From an uncultured Coriobacteriaceae bacterium (GTDB lineage Bacteria > Actinomycetota > Coriobacteriia > Coriobacteriales > Atopobiaceae), in assembly GCA_902793465.1 (NCBI GenBank), contig CADBDT010000007.1, positions 14,322 to 78,321 of the forward strand: DNA of 64,000 nt, written 5' to 3'. The notes under the pieces are model-generated. The model was given only the letters and a program-made list of their open reading frames with translations. It did no database searches and was not told where the DNA came from. The translations under genes were made by a program, and so were the position numbers. Below are positions 1 to 8,918 of this stretch, one piece after another. Position 1 is the first letter of the stretch; every line of letters begins with the position of its first letter.

Positions 1-89
1 TGCGTTATTGCAGAAGCGACCAGCTCCTTGTTGGAAAAGGAGTGGTCACAAATCTTCTCTATTTGTTTAATACGTGCATGAAGCTTCAA
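1..89 (-). CDS. rnc: Ribonuclease III, N-terminal fragment (gene runs off the window start)
   Basis: Own minus-strand translation gives (TTG)KLHARIKQIEKICDHSFSNKELVASAITH, which fits the RNase III N-terminal signature ending in ALTH. AAGGA lies 9 nt upstream of the TTG at 87-89. acpP-rnc is the usual neighbourhood. Too short for the ORF track. Confidence 0.55.
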   Translation of the reverse strand, partial: MKLHARIKQIEKICDHSFSNKELVASAIT

Positions 90-105
90 AACAGGGGTCC
101 TTATG

Positions 106-345
106 TTACTCCTCAGCGTTGAGGATTGCGTCTACGGCATCGCCAACGGTTGCTATGTTGGCAAGGGAGTCGTCATCCATGGTAAGGCCAAACTCGTCTT
201 CCATAGCGGTAACGAGCTCGAGCAGATCGAAGGAATCGGCTCCCAGGTCCTCAAAGCGAAGCGATTCGGTAACCTTGCTCTCCTCAACCTCAAGAGTTTC
301 GGATACGAGAGCTTTTACCTTAGAAAACACGTCTGCGCGGTTCAT
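106..345 (-). CDS. acpP: Acyl carrier protein
   Basis: 79 aa and acidic. Carries the phosphopantetheine-attachment motif LGADSFDLLELV and lies downstream of plsX. Confidence 0.9.
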   Translation of the reverse strand: MNRADVFSKVKALVSETLEVEESKVTESLRFEDLGADSFDLLELVTAMEDEFGLTMDDDSLANIATVGDAVDAILNAEE

Positions 346-403
346 TCTGTTCTCCTTTGTCCGCTATGCCCACACAAAATGGGCGTCGTCCGTAAAGATT
401 GTA

Positions 404-1396
404 CTATTGCTCGCTCTGCGCAAGCGTGTTGGCAACTTTGTCCACAAGGCCACCGCGAACCATAGAGGCACATGCCCTTGTTCCTGCGGCAACCGCCTGT
501 GCGCTTGTGGCACCGTGTCCAATGAGCACCGGCGCCTTGAGTCCAAGAAGTATTGCTCCACCGTGGTCGTCGCCAGACAGCATCGCCTGGATGTCCTTAA
601 GCGCGGGCTTAAGCAGGAGCGCGCCAATCTTTCCGCGAAGCGAGTGCTCTATTGATGCCTTGAGGCTCTTGAGTATGAACTTGGCCGTACCCTCCAGCGT
701 TTTGAGTGCCACGTTGCCGGTAAAGCCGTCGGAAACAATTACGTCAAAGTTGCCAAGCAAAAGGTCGGTTCCCTCCGCGTTGCCCGCAAAGCCACACGAC
801 GCACCCGCAAGCGCCTCGTGGAACGCAAGAGCCATCTCCGAGCCCTTTGTTTCCTCTTCGCCGTTGGACAAAAGTCCCACACGCGGATTCTTTATGCCCA
901 GCTCCACCTGCGCGTATGCGGCGCCCATTTGCGCAAACTGCACGATCATCTCTGGGCGTACGTCCGCATTGGCACCAAGGTCGCAAAATACGGTCTGATG
1001 TCCATCCAAACCCGGAAGAAACGACGCAAGGCAGGGTCGTTTGATTCCCTTGGTACGTCCCACACCCATGGTAGCCGCTGCAAATATGGCGCCCGTGGAA
1101 CCTGCGGAGAAGAAACCCTCTGCTTCGCCCGCCCTCACGGCAGCGCATCCCCTTACAATGCTGGAATCCTTCTTCTTCCTTACCGCTTCGGCGGGATGTT
1201 CGGCCATGCCTATTACCTCGGTGGTAACCAGCGGTATTGCTCGCTCCGTCTGCTGGCAAAAGGGCGTAACAATCTCGTCGTTGCCAGCAACCAGCACAGT
1301 TAGGTCCTCATCGGCGGCAAGTGCCATTGCTATACCCTCGCACACGACCTCGGGGCTTTCGTCGCCACCCATCGCATCTACGCAAATTGTGGTCAT
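404..1396 (-). CDS. plsX: Phosphate acyltransferase PlsX
   Basis: 330 aa. N-terminus ICVDAMGGDESP and overall PlsX-like sequence. rpmF-plsX-acpP synteny. Confidence 0.93.
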   Translation of the reverse strand: MTTICVDAMGGDESPEVVCEGIAMALAADEDLTVLVAGNDEIVTPFCQQTERAIPLVTTEVIGMAEHPAEAVRKKKDSSIVRGCAAVRAGEAEGFFSAGSTGAIFAAATMGVGRTKGIKRPCLASFLPGLDGHQTVFCDLGANADVRPEMIVQFAQMGAAYAQVELGIKNPRVGLLSNGEEETKGSEMALAFHEALAGASCGFAGNAEGTDLLLGNFDVIVSDGFTGNVALKTLEGTAKFILKSLKASIEHSLRGKIGALLLKPALKDIQAMLSGDDHGGAILLGLKAPVLIGHGATSAQAVAAGTRACASMVRGGLVDKVANTLAQSEQ

Positions 1397-1427
1397 GGCT
1401 TCTCCTCTCTAGGTGTTCAACTAACCT

Positions 1428-1459
1428 AAAGAAGGCCGACCCCTCTAAAGGGATCGGCC
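1428..1459 (-). terminator. Hairpin plus T-rich tail downstream of rpmF
   Basis: Minus strand reads GGCCGATCCCTTTAGAGGGGTCGGCC followed by TTCTTTAGG. It starts about 25 nt after the rpmF stop. Confidence 0.45.
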
Positions 1460-1483
1460 CCCCAGCTTTATAATTGCACGGGA

Positions 1484-1663
1484 CTACTCGGTAACAACAA
1501 TCTCGCGATCCTTGTAGTAGCCGCAGCTTGGGCACACATGATGCGGAAGCTTTGGTGCACCACAGCGCGGGCACTCGGAGCGTGCCGGTGTGGCGAGCTT
1601 ACTATTGGCGGAACGGCGTGTGTGCGTAGCGCCGCGGCCTTTTTTCTGCTTGGGTACTGCCAT
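1484..1663 (-). CDS. rpmF: 50S ribosomal protein L32
   Basis: Own translation (59 aa, below the ORF-track cutoff): MAVPKQKKGRGATHTRRSANSKLATPARSECPRCGAPKLPHHVCPSCGYYKDREIVVTE. This shows the MAVPK start and the CxxC...CxxC zinc knuckle typical of L32. Confidence 0.9.
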   Translation of the reverse strand: MAVPKQKKGRGATHTRRSANSKLATPARSECPRCGAPKLPHHVCPSCGYYKDREIVVTE

Positions 1664-1809
1664 CGTGAACCTCTCTTATCCATTGAGCAACGCCCGACGC
1701 GAGTCGGACGGTCTTGCTGTGTACAAGCAGTATGTAATGTTAGCACAAGGTATTGTACGTGCAACATACAAACACAATGATTCACGTGTGCATGTTGCCC
1801 GCAACGTTC

Positions 1810-2370
1810 CTAAACGTCCAGATCCTTGAGTATTGCAAACGGGCTAGAGGCCATACGCTCCTCTTCTGCCTTGGCATTCATCTGCTCCGCATGTCCGCAG
1901 TCAACGTGGTTTAGGTTTTCGCCACACACCGGACAGAGTCCTTTGCAGTCCTCGGAACAAAGGATAACGTATGGAACCTCCATCACGAACGCTGTGTTGA
2001 GCGCCTCGGCAAGATCGATGGTCGCATTTGGGCCAACCAACGAATAGTCGGGACCCTCTTCCTCGTCTTCCTCGAGAACACCTTCGTCGGGCTCGGAAAA
2101 GAGGTAGTATTCCTCAACGCCTCCAGCCAAGTCCAAAACGGTCTCGTCCAGGCACCGATCGCATTCTGCCTCCACACGAGCACGCAGGATGCCGGTTGCA
2201 AGTATTCCCTCACCTGCATTTGTAAGCATGAGGTCGTAGTCCATACCGGCAGGTATGGTAAGGCTTCTGTCCGAAAGCTCAAAAGACGTTACGTCAATAT
2301 GCCCACTTATGGGTAACGTATCGCCAACGTCGGCAAGCCGATCGTCAAGCGTAACGATTATTGGATCCAT
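1810..2370 (-). CDS. yceD: DUF177 / YceD-family protein (large-subunit rRNA accumulation protein)
   Basis: 186 aa. Internal CDRC and C-terminal CSEDCKGLCPVCGENLN cysteine cluster. Sits in the canonical position directly upstream of rpmF. Confidence 0.85.
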   Translation of the reverse strand: MDPIIVTLDDRLADVGDTLPISGHIDVTSFELSDRSLTIPAGMDYDLMLTNAGEGILATGILRARVEAECDRCLDETVLDLAGGVEEYYLFSEPDEGVLEEDEEEGPDYSLVGPNATIDLAEALNTAFVMEVPYVILCSEDCKGLCPVCGENLNHVDCGHAEQMNAKAEEERMASSPFAILKDLDV

Positions 2371-2383
2371 ATGGCCCTCAAAC

Positions 2384-2887
2384 CTACCAGTTTACAGAGT
2401 TGCCAGACTGGTTGTTTGCACCAGAGTTCTCGTTAAGCGTCTGACGCACGCGCGTTACGGTTCCCGTAAGCGAGCGCAGGTTGTCCTCAAGATGTGCGAG
2501 CACAGTGTCTGCATACTCTTCCGCGTTGTAGCGAGTGTCACGCTCGTATTGCTGCGCAGCGTCGCGTATGGTCTCGGACTGCTGCTGCGCAAGACGTACG
2601 ATTTCTTGGTCGCCAGCAATTACCATAGCCTGCTGCTGCGCGTCGGCAATAATCGCATCGGCTTGCTTTTGCGCACGGTCGAGCATCTCGCCTTCTTCGC
2701 GCAAAATACGACGTGCATCCATGAACTCCTGCGGAAACACCCGACGAATCTCGTCGAGTATCTCGTATATGTCTTGTGCCTCAACGATCTTGCGCTGCCC
2801 ACCGCCGCCACCGAAAGGCGACTTCGCATCGGCAACTATCTGCTCGAGCTCGTCGACTAGGGCCTCAATTTCCTCTCCCGGCTCCAT
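2384..2887 (-). CDS. Hypothetical coiled-coil protein (ATP-synthase-b / DivIVA-like heptad composition)
   Basis: 167 aa, rich in E/Q/A/R, with long predicted helices. High GC3, and a good ORF between yceD and the coaD terminator. Function not recognisable. Confidence 0.6.
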   Translation of the reverse strand: MEPGEEIEALVDELEQIVADAKSPFGGGGGQRKIVEAQDIYEILDEIRRVFPQEFMDARRILREEGEMLDRAQKQADAIIADAQQQAMVIAGDQEIVRLAQQQSETIRDAAQQYERDTRYNAEEYADTVLAHLEDNLRSLTGTVTRVRQTLNENSGANNQSGNSVNW

Positions 2888-2940
2888 ACCAGGACTCCTC
2901 TCACGATGGCAAACTATGCATTGCTATGTTAGCAGATAAC

Positions 2941-2976
2941 AAATAAAAAGAAACACGAGGAGGCTAAACGCGTTTC
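2941..2976 (-). terminator. Rho-independent terminator after coaD
   Basis: Minus strand reads GAAACGCG-TTTAGCCTCCT-CGTGTTTC followed by TTTTTATTT. It begins 19 nt after the coaD stop. Confidence 0.55.
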
Positions 2977-2994
2977 ATTTGTTACTCGAATACG

Positions 2995-3504
2995 CTATTT
3001 GCACGAGTATTGTTCTTTTAAACGGCGTGCGACACACGTAGTTACCAGTCCTTCAACAGACGATTCCAGAGATGCGAGCTCGCGCACTATGGATGACGAA
3101 ACGTAGCCGTATTGTGGGCTTGCCATAACGAACACCGACTCCAAATCCGGTGCAAGATGTGCATTTAGATCGGCTTGCTGAAGCTCAACCTCAAAGTCCG
3201 TCATGGCCCTAAGACCCTTTACCACTCCCCCGGCACCTATGCTGTGGCAAAAGTCAACCAGCAACCCATCAAAGGGAAGCACGCTAACGCCTGCAATTTG
3301 CAGCTCCTCCAACGATTGCCGTATGAGGTCCACTCGCTCATCCTGCGAAAAGACCGTTCCCACACCACGCTTTGACCTAGAAGCCGCAACGCCCACGGTA
3401 ACCTTTGGGAACAACCGCACCGAACGTCGTATTACGTCCAGGTGCCCGAGCGTAACGGGGTCGTATGTGCCAGGCAAAACCACATGCGTAACTTCGCTTT
3501 TCAT
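2995..3504 (-). CDS. coaD: Phosphopantetheine adenylyltransferase
   Basis: 169 aa. Nucleotidyltransferase motif PGTYDPVTLGHLDVIRRS. Confidence 0.95.
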   Translation of the reverse strand: MKSEVTHVVLPGTYDPVTLGHLDVIRRSVRLFPKVTVGVAASRSKRGVGTVFSQDERVDLIRQSLEELQIAGVSVLPFDGLLVDFCHSIGAGGVVKGLRAMTDFEVELQQADLNAHLAPDLESVFVMASPQYGYVSSSIVRELASLESSVEGLVTTCVARRLKEQYSCK

Positions 3505-4079
3505 TCTGTGTCTCCCCTTCTAAACAAATCCACGCTCGTGCCGCCGTGGTCTTTGCTCCGCACCTTTACAAAGCCATTAACATTGAGCGAGTCTGAACCC
3601 GATGCTCGCTCATATACCACAATGCATTCCGGCGCGAGCATACCCAAAGCATCAAGATCGGACACCAGCTTGGACACGTCCTCTGCAAGCATTGCATAAG
3701 GCGGATCCAAGAACACAAGCGAAAACGGACTTCCATCCAAATGGCTTCGCTTGGACAGTCGCAGAGCGTCCCCAACCACAACGTTCCACGTATCTGGATT
3801 GGCACCCAGTGACTTGCAGTTTTGGCGTACGATTCCCGCAGTACGTCGGTTGCTCTCACAAAACGTGCAATGCGACGCCCCTCGGGAGAGCAGCTCAAGG
3901 CCAACGGCACCAGATCCCGCAAAGGCATCCAGTATCGAGCAATCCATGAGGTCCAAATCGAATGCCGACAATACCATGGAGGCTAGCGACTCACGCATGC
4001 GATCGGTCGTTGGCCTGGTAGCACGGCCCTCGGGTGTGCTTATGGGACGACCCCGCCACTTGCCGCCTACGATTCTCAT
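3501..4079 (-). CDS. rsmD: 16S rRNA (guanine966-N2)-methyltransferase RsmD
   Basis: 192 aa. N-terminus MRIVGGKWRGRPI...RPTTDRMRESL, SAM motif DAFAGSGAVGLE, and DPPY. Overlaps coaD by 4 nt. Confidence 0.9.
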   Translation of the reverse strand: MRIVGGKWRGRPISTPEGRATRPTTDRMRESLASMVLSAFDLDLMDCSILDAFAGSGAVGLELLSRGASHCTFCESNRRTAGIVRQNCKSLGANPDTWNVVVGDALRLSKRSHLDGSPFSLVFLDPPYAMLAEDVSKLVSDLDALGMLAPECIVVYERASGSDSLNVNGFVKVRSKDHGGTSVDLFRRGDTE

Positions 4080-6250
4080 GCGCGATCCATCTCCTCGAAG
4101 TACGCCCCGTACCTATCCCTGCACTCAATGGCCAAGCTCGCATACATTGCGCTGGAAAGCGTGGGATCATCTTTTTCGATAATCCGTGCGTCTGTATGGG
4201 CGGCCTCAACGAGGTCTTTGTCTGAGTCTAAGTCACATACTTGCAGCGTAATGCCACCATGCTGCCTGTATCCAAGTACCTCGCCCTCTCGACGCAGCTT
4301 TAGGTCGAGCTCAGCAAGCTCAAAACCGTCGGAGGTTGCCTCGAGTGCAGCAAGTCGTTCGCGAGCTGGCGACCCCTTACGTGCGGCACATTCAAGATAC
4401 ACGCTACCGGAAACATCCCCTCTGCCCACGCGACCCCTCAGCTGGTGCAGCGTCGCAAGACCAAAGCGGTCGGCGTCGTATACCATCATTGCCGTGGCGT
4501 TGGGAACGTCCACTCCCACCTCAACAACCGTGGTTGCCACCAAGACATCCGTGTTTCCGGAACTAAACCTGCTCATTACATCGTCTTTGTCCTCCGCGCT
4601 CATTCTTCCCGTTAGCAGGTCGAGGTGCAGGTTGGACAGAGGTCCTCTCTTAAGCTCCTCGAGCGTGGTCGTTGCCGCATGCAACTTGCGAGCGCCGGAT
4701 TGCGAGCGCTCCGGCACATCGTCGAGCTCGCTCCCATCGTCCCGCTCGTCTACCAGCGGGCATATTACATATGCCTGATGCCCGTTTGCCACAGCATCCC
4801 TTATGGCACCGAATGCAAGGTCCGAGTTCTCGGGCGGTATTACCTTGGTGTTTATGCCCGCACCCGGTCGAGGCCTGTTTTTTATGCGCGAGCACTCAAG
4901 GTCCCCATACAGCGACAGCGCAAGCGTACGTGGAATGGGGGTTGCAGTCATTGTGAGCAGGTCAGCCGCCGAACCCTTTTTGCGGAGCGCCGACCGCTGG
5001 TTTACGCCAAACCGGTGCTGCTCGTCTATTACAACAAGCGACAGGTTTGCAAACTCCATGTTGTCAGACAAGAGCGCGGTTGTACCAAATACGCAGCAGA
5101 GCTTTCCTTGGGCAACCTCCGTTGCAATGGCAGTTCGCTGCGCGCTTGGAGTCGAACCGGTAACCAGTGCCCAGCTTATGCCCGCAGACTCCAGCAACCC
5201 GCCGAGCTTCTCTGCATACTGTCGCGCGAGGACGGATGTGGGAGCCATAACTGCCGCCTGAGTATGCGTGTCGGCAACAGCGGCAATGGCAACCAACGCA
5301 ACCGCCGTCTTGCCCGTGCCCACGTCGCCCAAGAGCAGTCGGTTCATTATGCGCTCTGCCGCCATGTCGCGCAAGATCTCGCGCGCCGCCTGCTTCTGTT
5401 CGTCGGTAAGCTCAAATGGCAGAGCCTTTAGAAGGGCATGCATGTGGGGTCCGTTGACCTTATGGACGTAAGGCGTCGTCTCCAAGAGCTGCAAGTGCTG
5501 ACGGGTTAGCAAGGCTAGCTGCAACGTTAGGAGCTCGTCGTATGCAAGTCGCCGCCGCGCTTCCTCCGCCGCATCGAGCGATGAGGGAAAGTGAACCTCG
5601 CGTATGGCCCTAGCAAACGACATAAGGCCTCGTCGCGCTACGAGTTCCGACGGCAGGTGGTCGCACACATCGGCTGCGTCGGCAATTGCGGCAGATATGA
5701 TTCGCCTCATCCACGAGGCGCTTATGCCCTCGCCAACCGGGTGAACCGGCAGAATGCGTGCATATGAGCCGCTGGACCCCTCTTGTTCCACCACCTCGTA
5801 GAACGGTGCCTTTAGCTGCTTAAAGCCATATGCAAAGCTGATCTTTCCCGAAAGCGCCACCAGGTCGCCCTCGTGAACCTGTTCTGCAATCCACGGTTGG
5901 CGGAAGAACGATGCTATAACCACTCCCGTGTCGTCCATTACGCTGAGCTCTACGATCTGCATGCGTGGCTTGGGCCGTTTGAGTACCATGCGATCCACCC
6001 TACCAACAACCGTGGCATCGCTTCCCACGTCGGCGTAGGCGATGCTTACCACATTGGTAAAGTCCAGATAGCGATTGGGCAGCCGCAGCAAAACGTCTCT
6101 TACGCGATGTATTCCAAGTCTCTCCATTGCCTGGCGGCGTTTACCACTTACGTATCGCAAGCAGCCCGCATCGCTAGAAAGCGAGGCGGTGCGCATAACA
6201 CGCGCGCTCGCCTCGCTCGCACTCACTTTTGTTTGCGTTTTGTGCAACAC
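4076..6250 (-). CDS. recG: ATP-dependent DNA helicase RecG
   Basis: 724 aa. Walker A GDVGTGKT, DEQH box VVIDEQHRFG, and an N-terminal wedge/OB region. Confidence 0.95.
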   Translation of the reverse strand: MLHKTQTKVSASEASARVMRTASLSSDAGCLRYVSGKRRQAMERLGIHRVRDVLLRLPNRYLDFTNVVSIAYADVGSDATVVGRVDRMVLKRPKPRMQIVELSVMDDTGVVIASFFRQPWIAEQVHEGDLVALSGKISFAYGFKQLKAPFYEVVEQEGSSGSYARILPVHPVGEGISASWMRRIISAAIADAADVCDHLPSELVARRGLMSFARAIREVHFPSSLDAAEEARRRLAYDELLTLQLALLTRQHLQLLETTPYVHKVNGPHMHALLKALPFELTDEQKQAAREILRDMAAERIMNRLLLGDVGTGKTAVALVAIAAVADTHTQAAVMAPTSVLARQYAEKLGGLLESAGISWALVTGSTPSAQRTAIATEVAQGKLCCVFGTTALLSDNMEFANLSLVVIDEQHRFGVNQRSALRKKGSAADLLTMTATPIPRTLALSLYGDLECSRIKNRPRPGAGINTKVIPPENSDLAFGAIRDAVANGHQAYVICPLVDERDDGSELDDVPERSQSGARKLHAATTTLEELKRGPLSNLHLDLLTGRMSAEDKDDVMSRFSSGNTDVLVATTVVEVGVDVPNATAMMVYDADRFGLATLHQLRGRVGRGDVSGSVYLECAARKGSPARERLAALEATSDGFELAELDLKLRREGEVLGYRQHGGITLQVCDLDSDKDLVEAAHTDARIIEKDDPTLSSAMYASLAIECRDRYGAYFEEMDRA

Positions 6251-6251
6251 G

Positions 6252-7916
6252 TTACTCTATGGAGAAGATAACCGGATACAGCGGCTGATCCCCGCGATGG
6301 GCATCGATTTCCAAGTCTGGCTGACGCTCGGCAATCCGCTTTTGCAAGTCCTCAAACCCCTCGTCCGAAAGATCGCTACCAGCCAGTATGGTAAGGGTGT
6401 CGCCCTCTTCGTCCTCCTGCATGCGGTCTATGAGCTCGAGCGTTACCGCATCGACCGCAGACCCCACAACGGTTATCGCATCGCCCTCTATGCCCATTAC
6501 GTCGCCGGCGTGTATGGGAGAGCCGTCGGCAGCCTGCGAATCGCGTACGGCAGTGGTAACCTCGCCGTCACGCACGTCCTCTATGGCCTCTGTCATGGAC
6601 TCCACGTTTTGCTGGGCGTCCGACTCTTCGTCTACAACAAACATTGCCGCAAAACCCTGCAGCACGGTGCGCGTGGGAACCACGAAAACCTTGCAGGACT
6701 CACATGCGCTAGCAGCCGCTTCCGCCGCCATACGTATGTTTCCGTTGTTGGGCAATACAACGACCTCGTTTGCATTGCAGGACTCAACGGCGCTCAGTAT
6801 GTCTGCGGTGGATGGGTTCATGGTCTGGCCACCGGACACAACAACGTCTACGCCAAGCGACGTAAGGATCTCGGCCTCACCAGGACCGGCTGCAACAGCG
6901 ACGAACCCCAGCTCCTTGCGAGCCGCCTCCTCCTGCTTGTCGGCACGAATGCCCTCGGTGCGCTCCTGGGCTTCGAGGTCCATGTTGTGAACAAACACAT
7001 TGAACACCTGGCCGCGATGGAGCATGTGCCTAAGGATGCGATCTGGCCTGTTTGTGTGAACATGGCACTTAAAGTCGGGGTTGGACCCAACAAGCAGCTC
7101 GCAGTCGCCCATGCTCGAGAAGTAGCGAAGGCATGCGTCCTCGTCGAAGTGAGGGGAATCCGCGTGGAAGAGGAACTCCGTGCAGTAGCGGAACTCCGAG
7201 CCCTCCCAGTCGTCGTTTATCTCGATGTCAACAACGTTTGCAACGTCACCCTTGGCGGTACCGACGCCAATCGTCGTCTGGAAGTCGGTGAGCGCGTCGG
7301 TGCGCCCCCTGTAGGCATTTACGAATCCTTCTATGAAGGTTGCAAGGCCATAGGCGCCGGAGTCCACCACTCCGTTTTCCTTAAGAACAGGAAGCAGGTC
7401 GGGCGTACGCGAAACGGACTCGTATGCCTCCACCACAAGCTGGTCCAGCATGTCGTCCACGGTTATGTCGCGAACCTTAACAAGCTGGTCGGCCTTTACG
7501 GATATGTCGCGCAAAACCGTGAGTATTGTTCCCTCAACGGGCTTGCGCACTGCCTTGAACGCAACCACAACACCGTTGCGAAGCGCAGCAGCAATCTCGT
7601 ACGGTGTCGCATGCTCCTCCCTCACGGGAACAAGACCCTCTGCAACACCACGCAGAATCTGGCTTGTAATAACACCAGAGTTACCACGTGCGCCCATAAG
7701 GGAACCATGCGTAATGGCCTGGGCTATGTTGTCCATAGACGCGCTGTCGGGCAGCGACTCGATCTCGTGGACCACTGTCGCAAGGGTGAGCGACATGTTT
7801 GTTCCCGTATCTCCGTCGGGCACGGGAAACACGTTGAGCTTGTTGATCTCTTCTGCCTTATCGGACACGACTTGCGCCGCAGCAGGGAAACAGGTTCGGA
7901 TTACACTGGAAATCAT
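6252..7916 (-). CDS. DAK2 domain-containing protein (YloV-like)
   Basis: 554 aa. Dak2 motif PDGDTGTNM near the N-terminus. Canonical pairing with the Asp23 gene upstream. Confidence 0.9.
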   Translation of the reverse strand: MISSVIRTCFPAAAQVVSDKAEEINKLNVFPVPDGDTGTNMSLTLATVVHEIESLPDSASMDNIAQAITHGSLMGARGNSGVITSQILRGVAEGLVPVREEHATPYEIAAALRNGVVVAFKAVRKPVEGTILTVLRDISVKADQLVKVRDITVDDMLDQLVVEAYESVSRTPDLLPVLKENGVVDSGAYGLATFIEGFVNAYRGRTDALTDFQTTIGVGTAKGDVANVVDIEINDDWEGSEFRYCTEFLFHADSPHFDEDACLRYFSSMGDCELLVGSNPDFKCHVHTNRPDRILRHMLHRGQVFNVFVHNMDLEAQERTEGIRADKQEEAARKELGFVAVAAGPGEAEILTSLGVDVVVSGGQTMNPSTADILSAVESCNANEVVVLPNNGNIRMAAEAAASACESCKVFVVPTRTVLQGFAAMFVVDEESDAQQNVESMTEAIEDVRDGEVTTAVRDSQAADGSPIHAGDVMGIEGDAITVVGSAVDAVTLELIDRMQEDEEGDTLTILAGSDLSDEGFEDLQKRIAERQPDLEIDAHRGDQPLYPVIFSIE

Positions 7917-7970
7917 GAAGATTGAGACCTCTCGGCTTCTTGTTGACCTACAGAAAAGTAAAGAGCGGTG

Positions 7971-8315
7971 CTAGTTCTTGCGCATCCCCTCTACATGAAC
8001 GCGAACCTCCGCCTCGGAGATCTCCGCGATTTGGTTGAGGATGAACTTAACCGTGCTCACGAGGTTTTGCGCAACGGACGACATGTTTACACCCTGCTCC
8101 AAAACAACGTGCAAGTCCACAAGAATAACTCCGTCCTCAAGCGCAACCTCTATGCCCTTGCGTAGACGATACATTGGAAGCAGTCGCGCAACGCCCTGCT
8201 CCTCGTCGGTTACGGCCATCCCTACGACTCCGTAGCACTCGAGCGCTGCATAGCCCGCCAAGTCTGCAATAACGTCGTTGGATACTCTGAGGGAACCGGG
8301 AACCTTTGTTGCCAT
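7971..8315 (-). CDS. Asp23/Gls24 family envelope stress protein
   Basis: 114 aa. N-terminal VSNDVIADLAGYAALECYGVVGM is typical of Asp23. Confidence 0.9.
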   Translation of the reverse strand: MATKVPGSLRVSNDVIADLAGYAALECYGVVGMAVTDEEQGVARLLPMYRLRKGIEVALEDGVILVDLHVVLEQGVNMSSVAQNLVSTVKFILNQIAEISEAEVRVHVEGMRKN

Positions 8316-8389
8316 GGTAGTCTCCTCTGTGACGATAAATTAAACGCTGTGATTATATCAAATGCCCAGCGCAGATTTGTATACCCCAT

Positions 8390-8414
8390 AAAAAAGGACC
8401 GCCTTCGACGGTCC
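8390..8414 (-). terminator. Rho-independent terminator after rpmB
   Basis: Minus strand reads GGACCG-TCGAAGG-CGGTCC followed by TTTTTT. It lies 41 nt after the rpmB stop. Confidence 0.6.
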
Positions 8415-8454
8415 TACATATAATTTGGCTATATGTGAGCTGCGTTTGTTCCAA

Positions 8455-8643
8455 CTAGCTACGAGCGAGATTGCCCTTTTTGAGGCAGCGCGTGCATACG
8501 TTCATCTTGCGCTTATGGCCATCCTTAACAATGGTAACGCGCTGGATGTTGGGACGGAACTTACGGTTAACCGTACGGAACGAGTGGGAAATGGAACGAC
8601 CGGCAACAGGATGCTTGCCGCAGATCTCACATACCTTGGACAT
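8455..8643 (-). CDS. rpmB: 50S ribosomal protein L28
   Basis: Internal Met of the 8455..8802 ORF. MSKVCEICGKHPVAGRSISHSFRTVNRKFRPNIQ (62 aa total) is a textbook L28. Confidence 0.9.
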   Translation of the reverse strand: MSKVCEICGKHPVAGRSISHSFRTVNRKFRPNIQRVTIVKDGHKRKMNVCTRCLKKGNLARS

Positions 8644-8713
8644 GACAAAACCTCCAATGGCGGCGCCTCGGCAAAGATGTGGCCGCTGGCGCGCAGACTC
8701 ACAAAACATCGGT

Positions 8714-8741
8714 ACTATACCACAAGCTTGATTGCGTGCAA
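8714..8741 (-). promoter_or_regulatory. Candidate sigma-70 promoter of rpmB
   Basis: Minus strand reads TTGCAC, 16 nt, TATAGT. It lies about 70 nt upstream of the rpmB ATG. Confidence 0.3.
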
Positions 8742-8918
8742 GCATAAAACGGGTGCTACCCGCATTTATACATGCGCGCGGAGCAGACAAGCACGATTGC
8801 AAAGTCTAATGCCCCTTTGTTTGCAGGTCAAGCATTATGTTGTGGATATGAATCTAGCACTCATATCCCCTCTAGCCGTCCGGAGTCGCCATGTCTCCGC
8901 CATTTGTTATGTGAGGCA

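Noticed and set aside
6075-7925. Very long plus-strand ORFs antisense to real genes (e.g. 6075-7925 at 616 aa, 16276-18180 at 634 aa, 27967-29526 at 519 aa, 45288-46952 at 554 aa, 22896-23765, 37016-38140).
   Set aside because: These are typical shadow ORFs of a high-GC genome. They exactly overlap minus-strand genes that have clear family motifs, their translations are Arg/Ala/Gly/His-rich with no recognisable domains, and several run straight through intergenic repeats.
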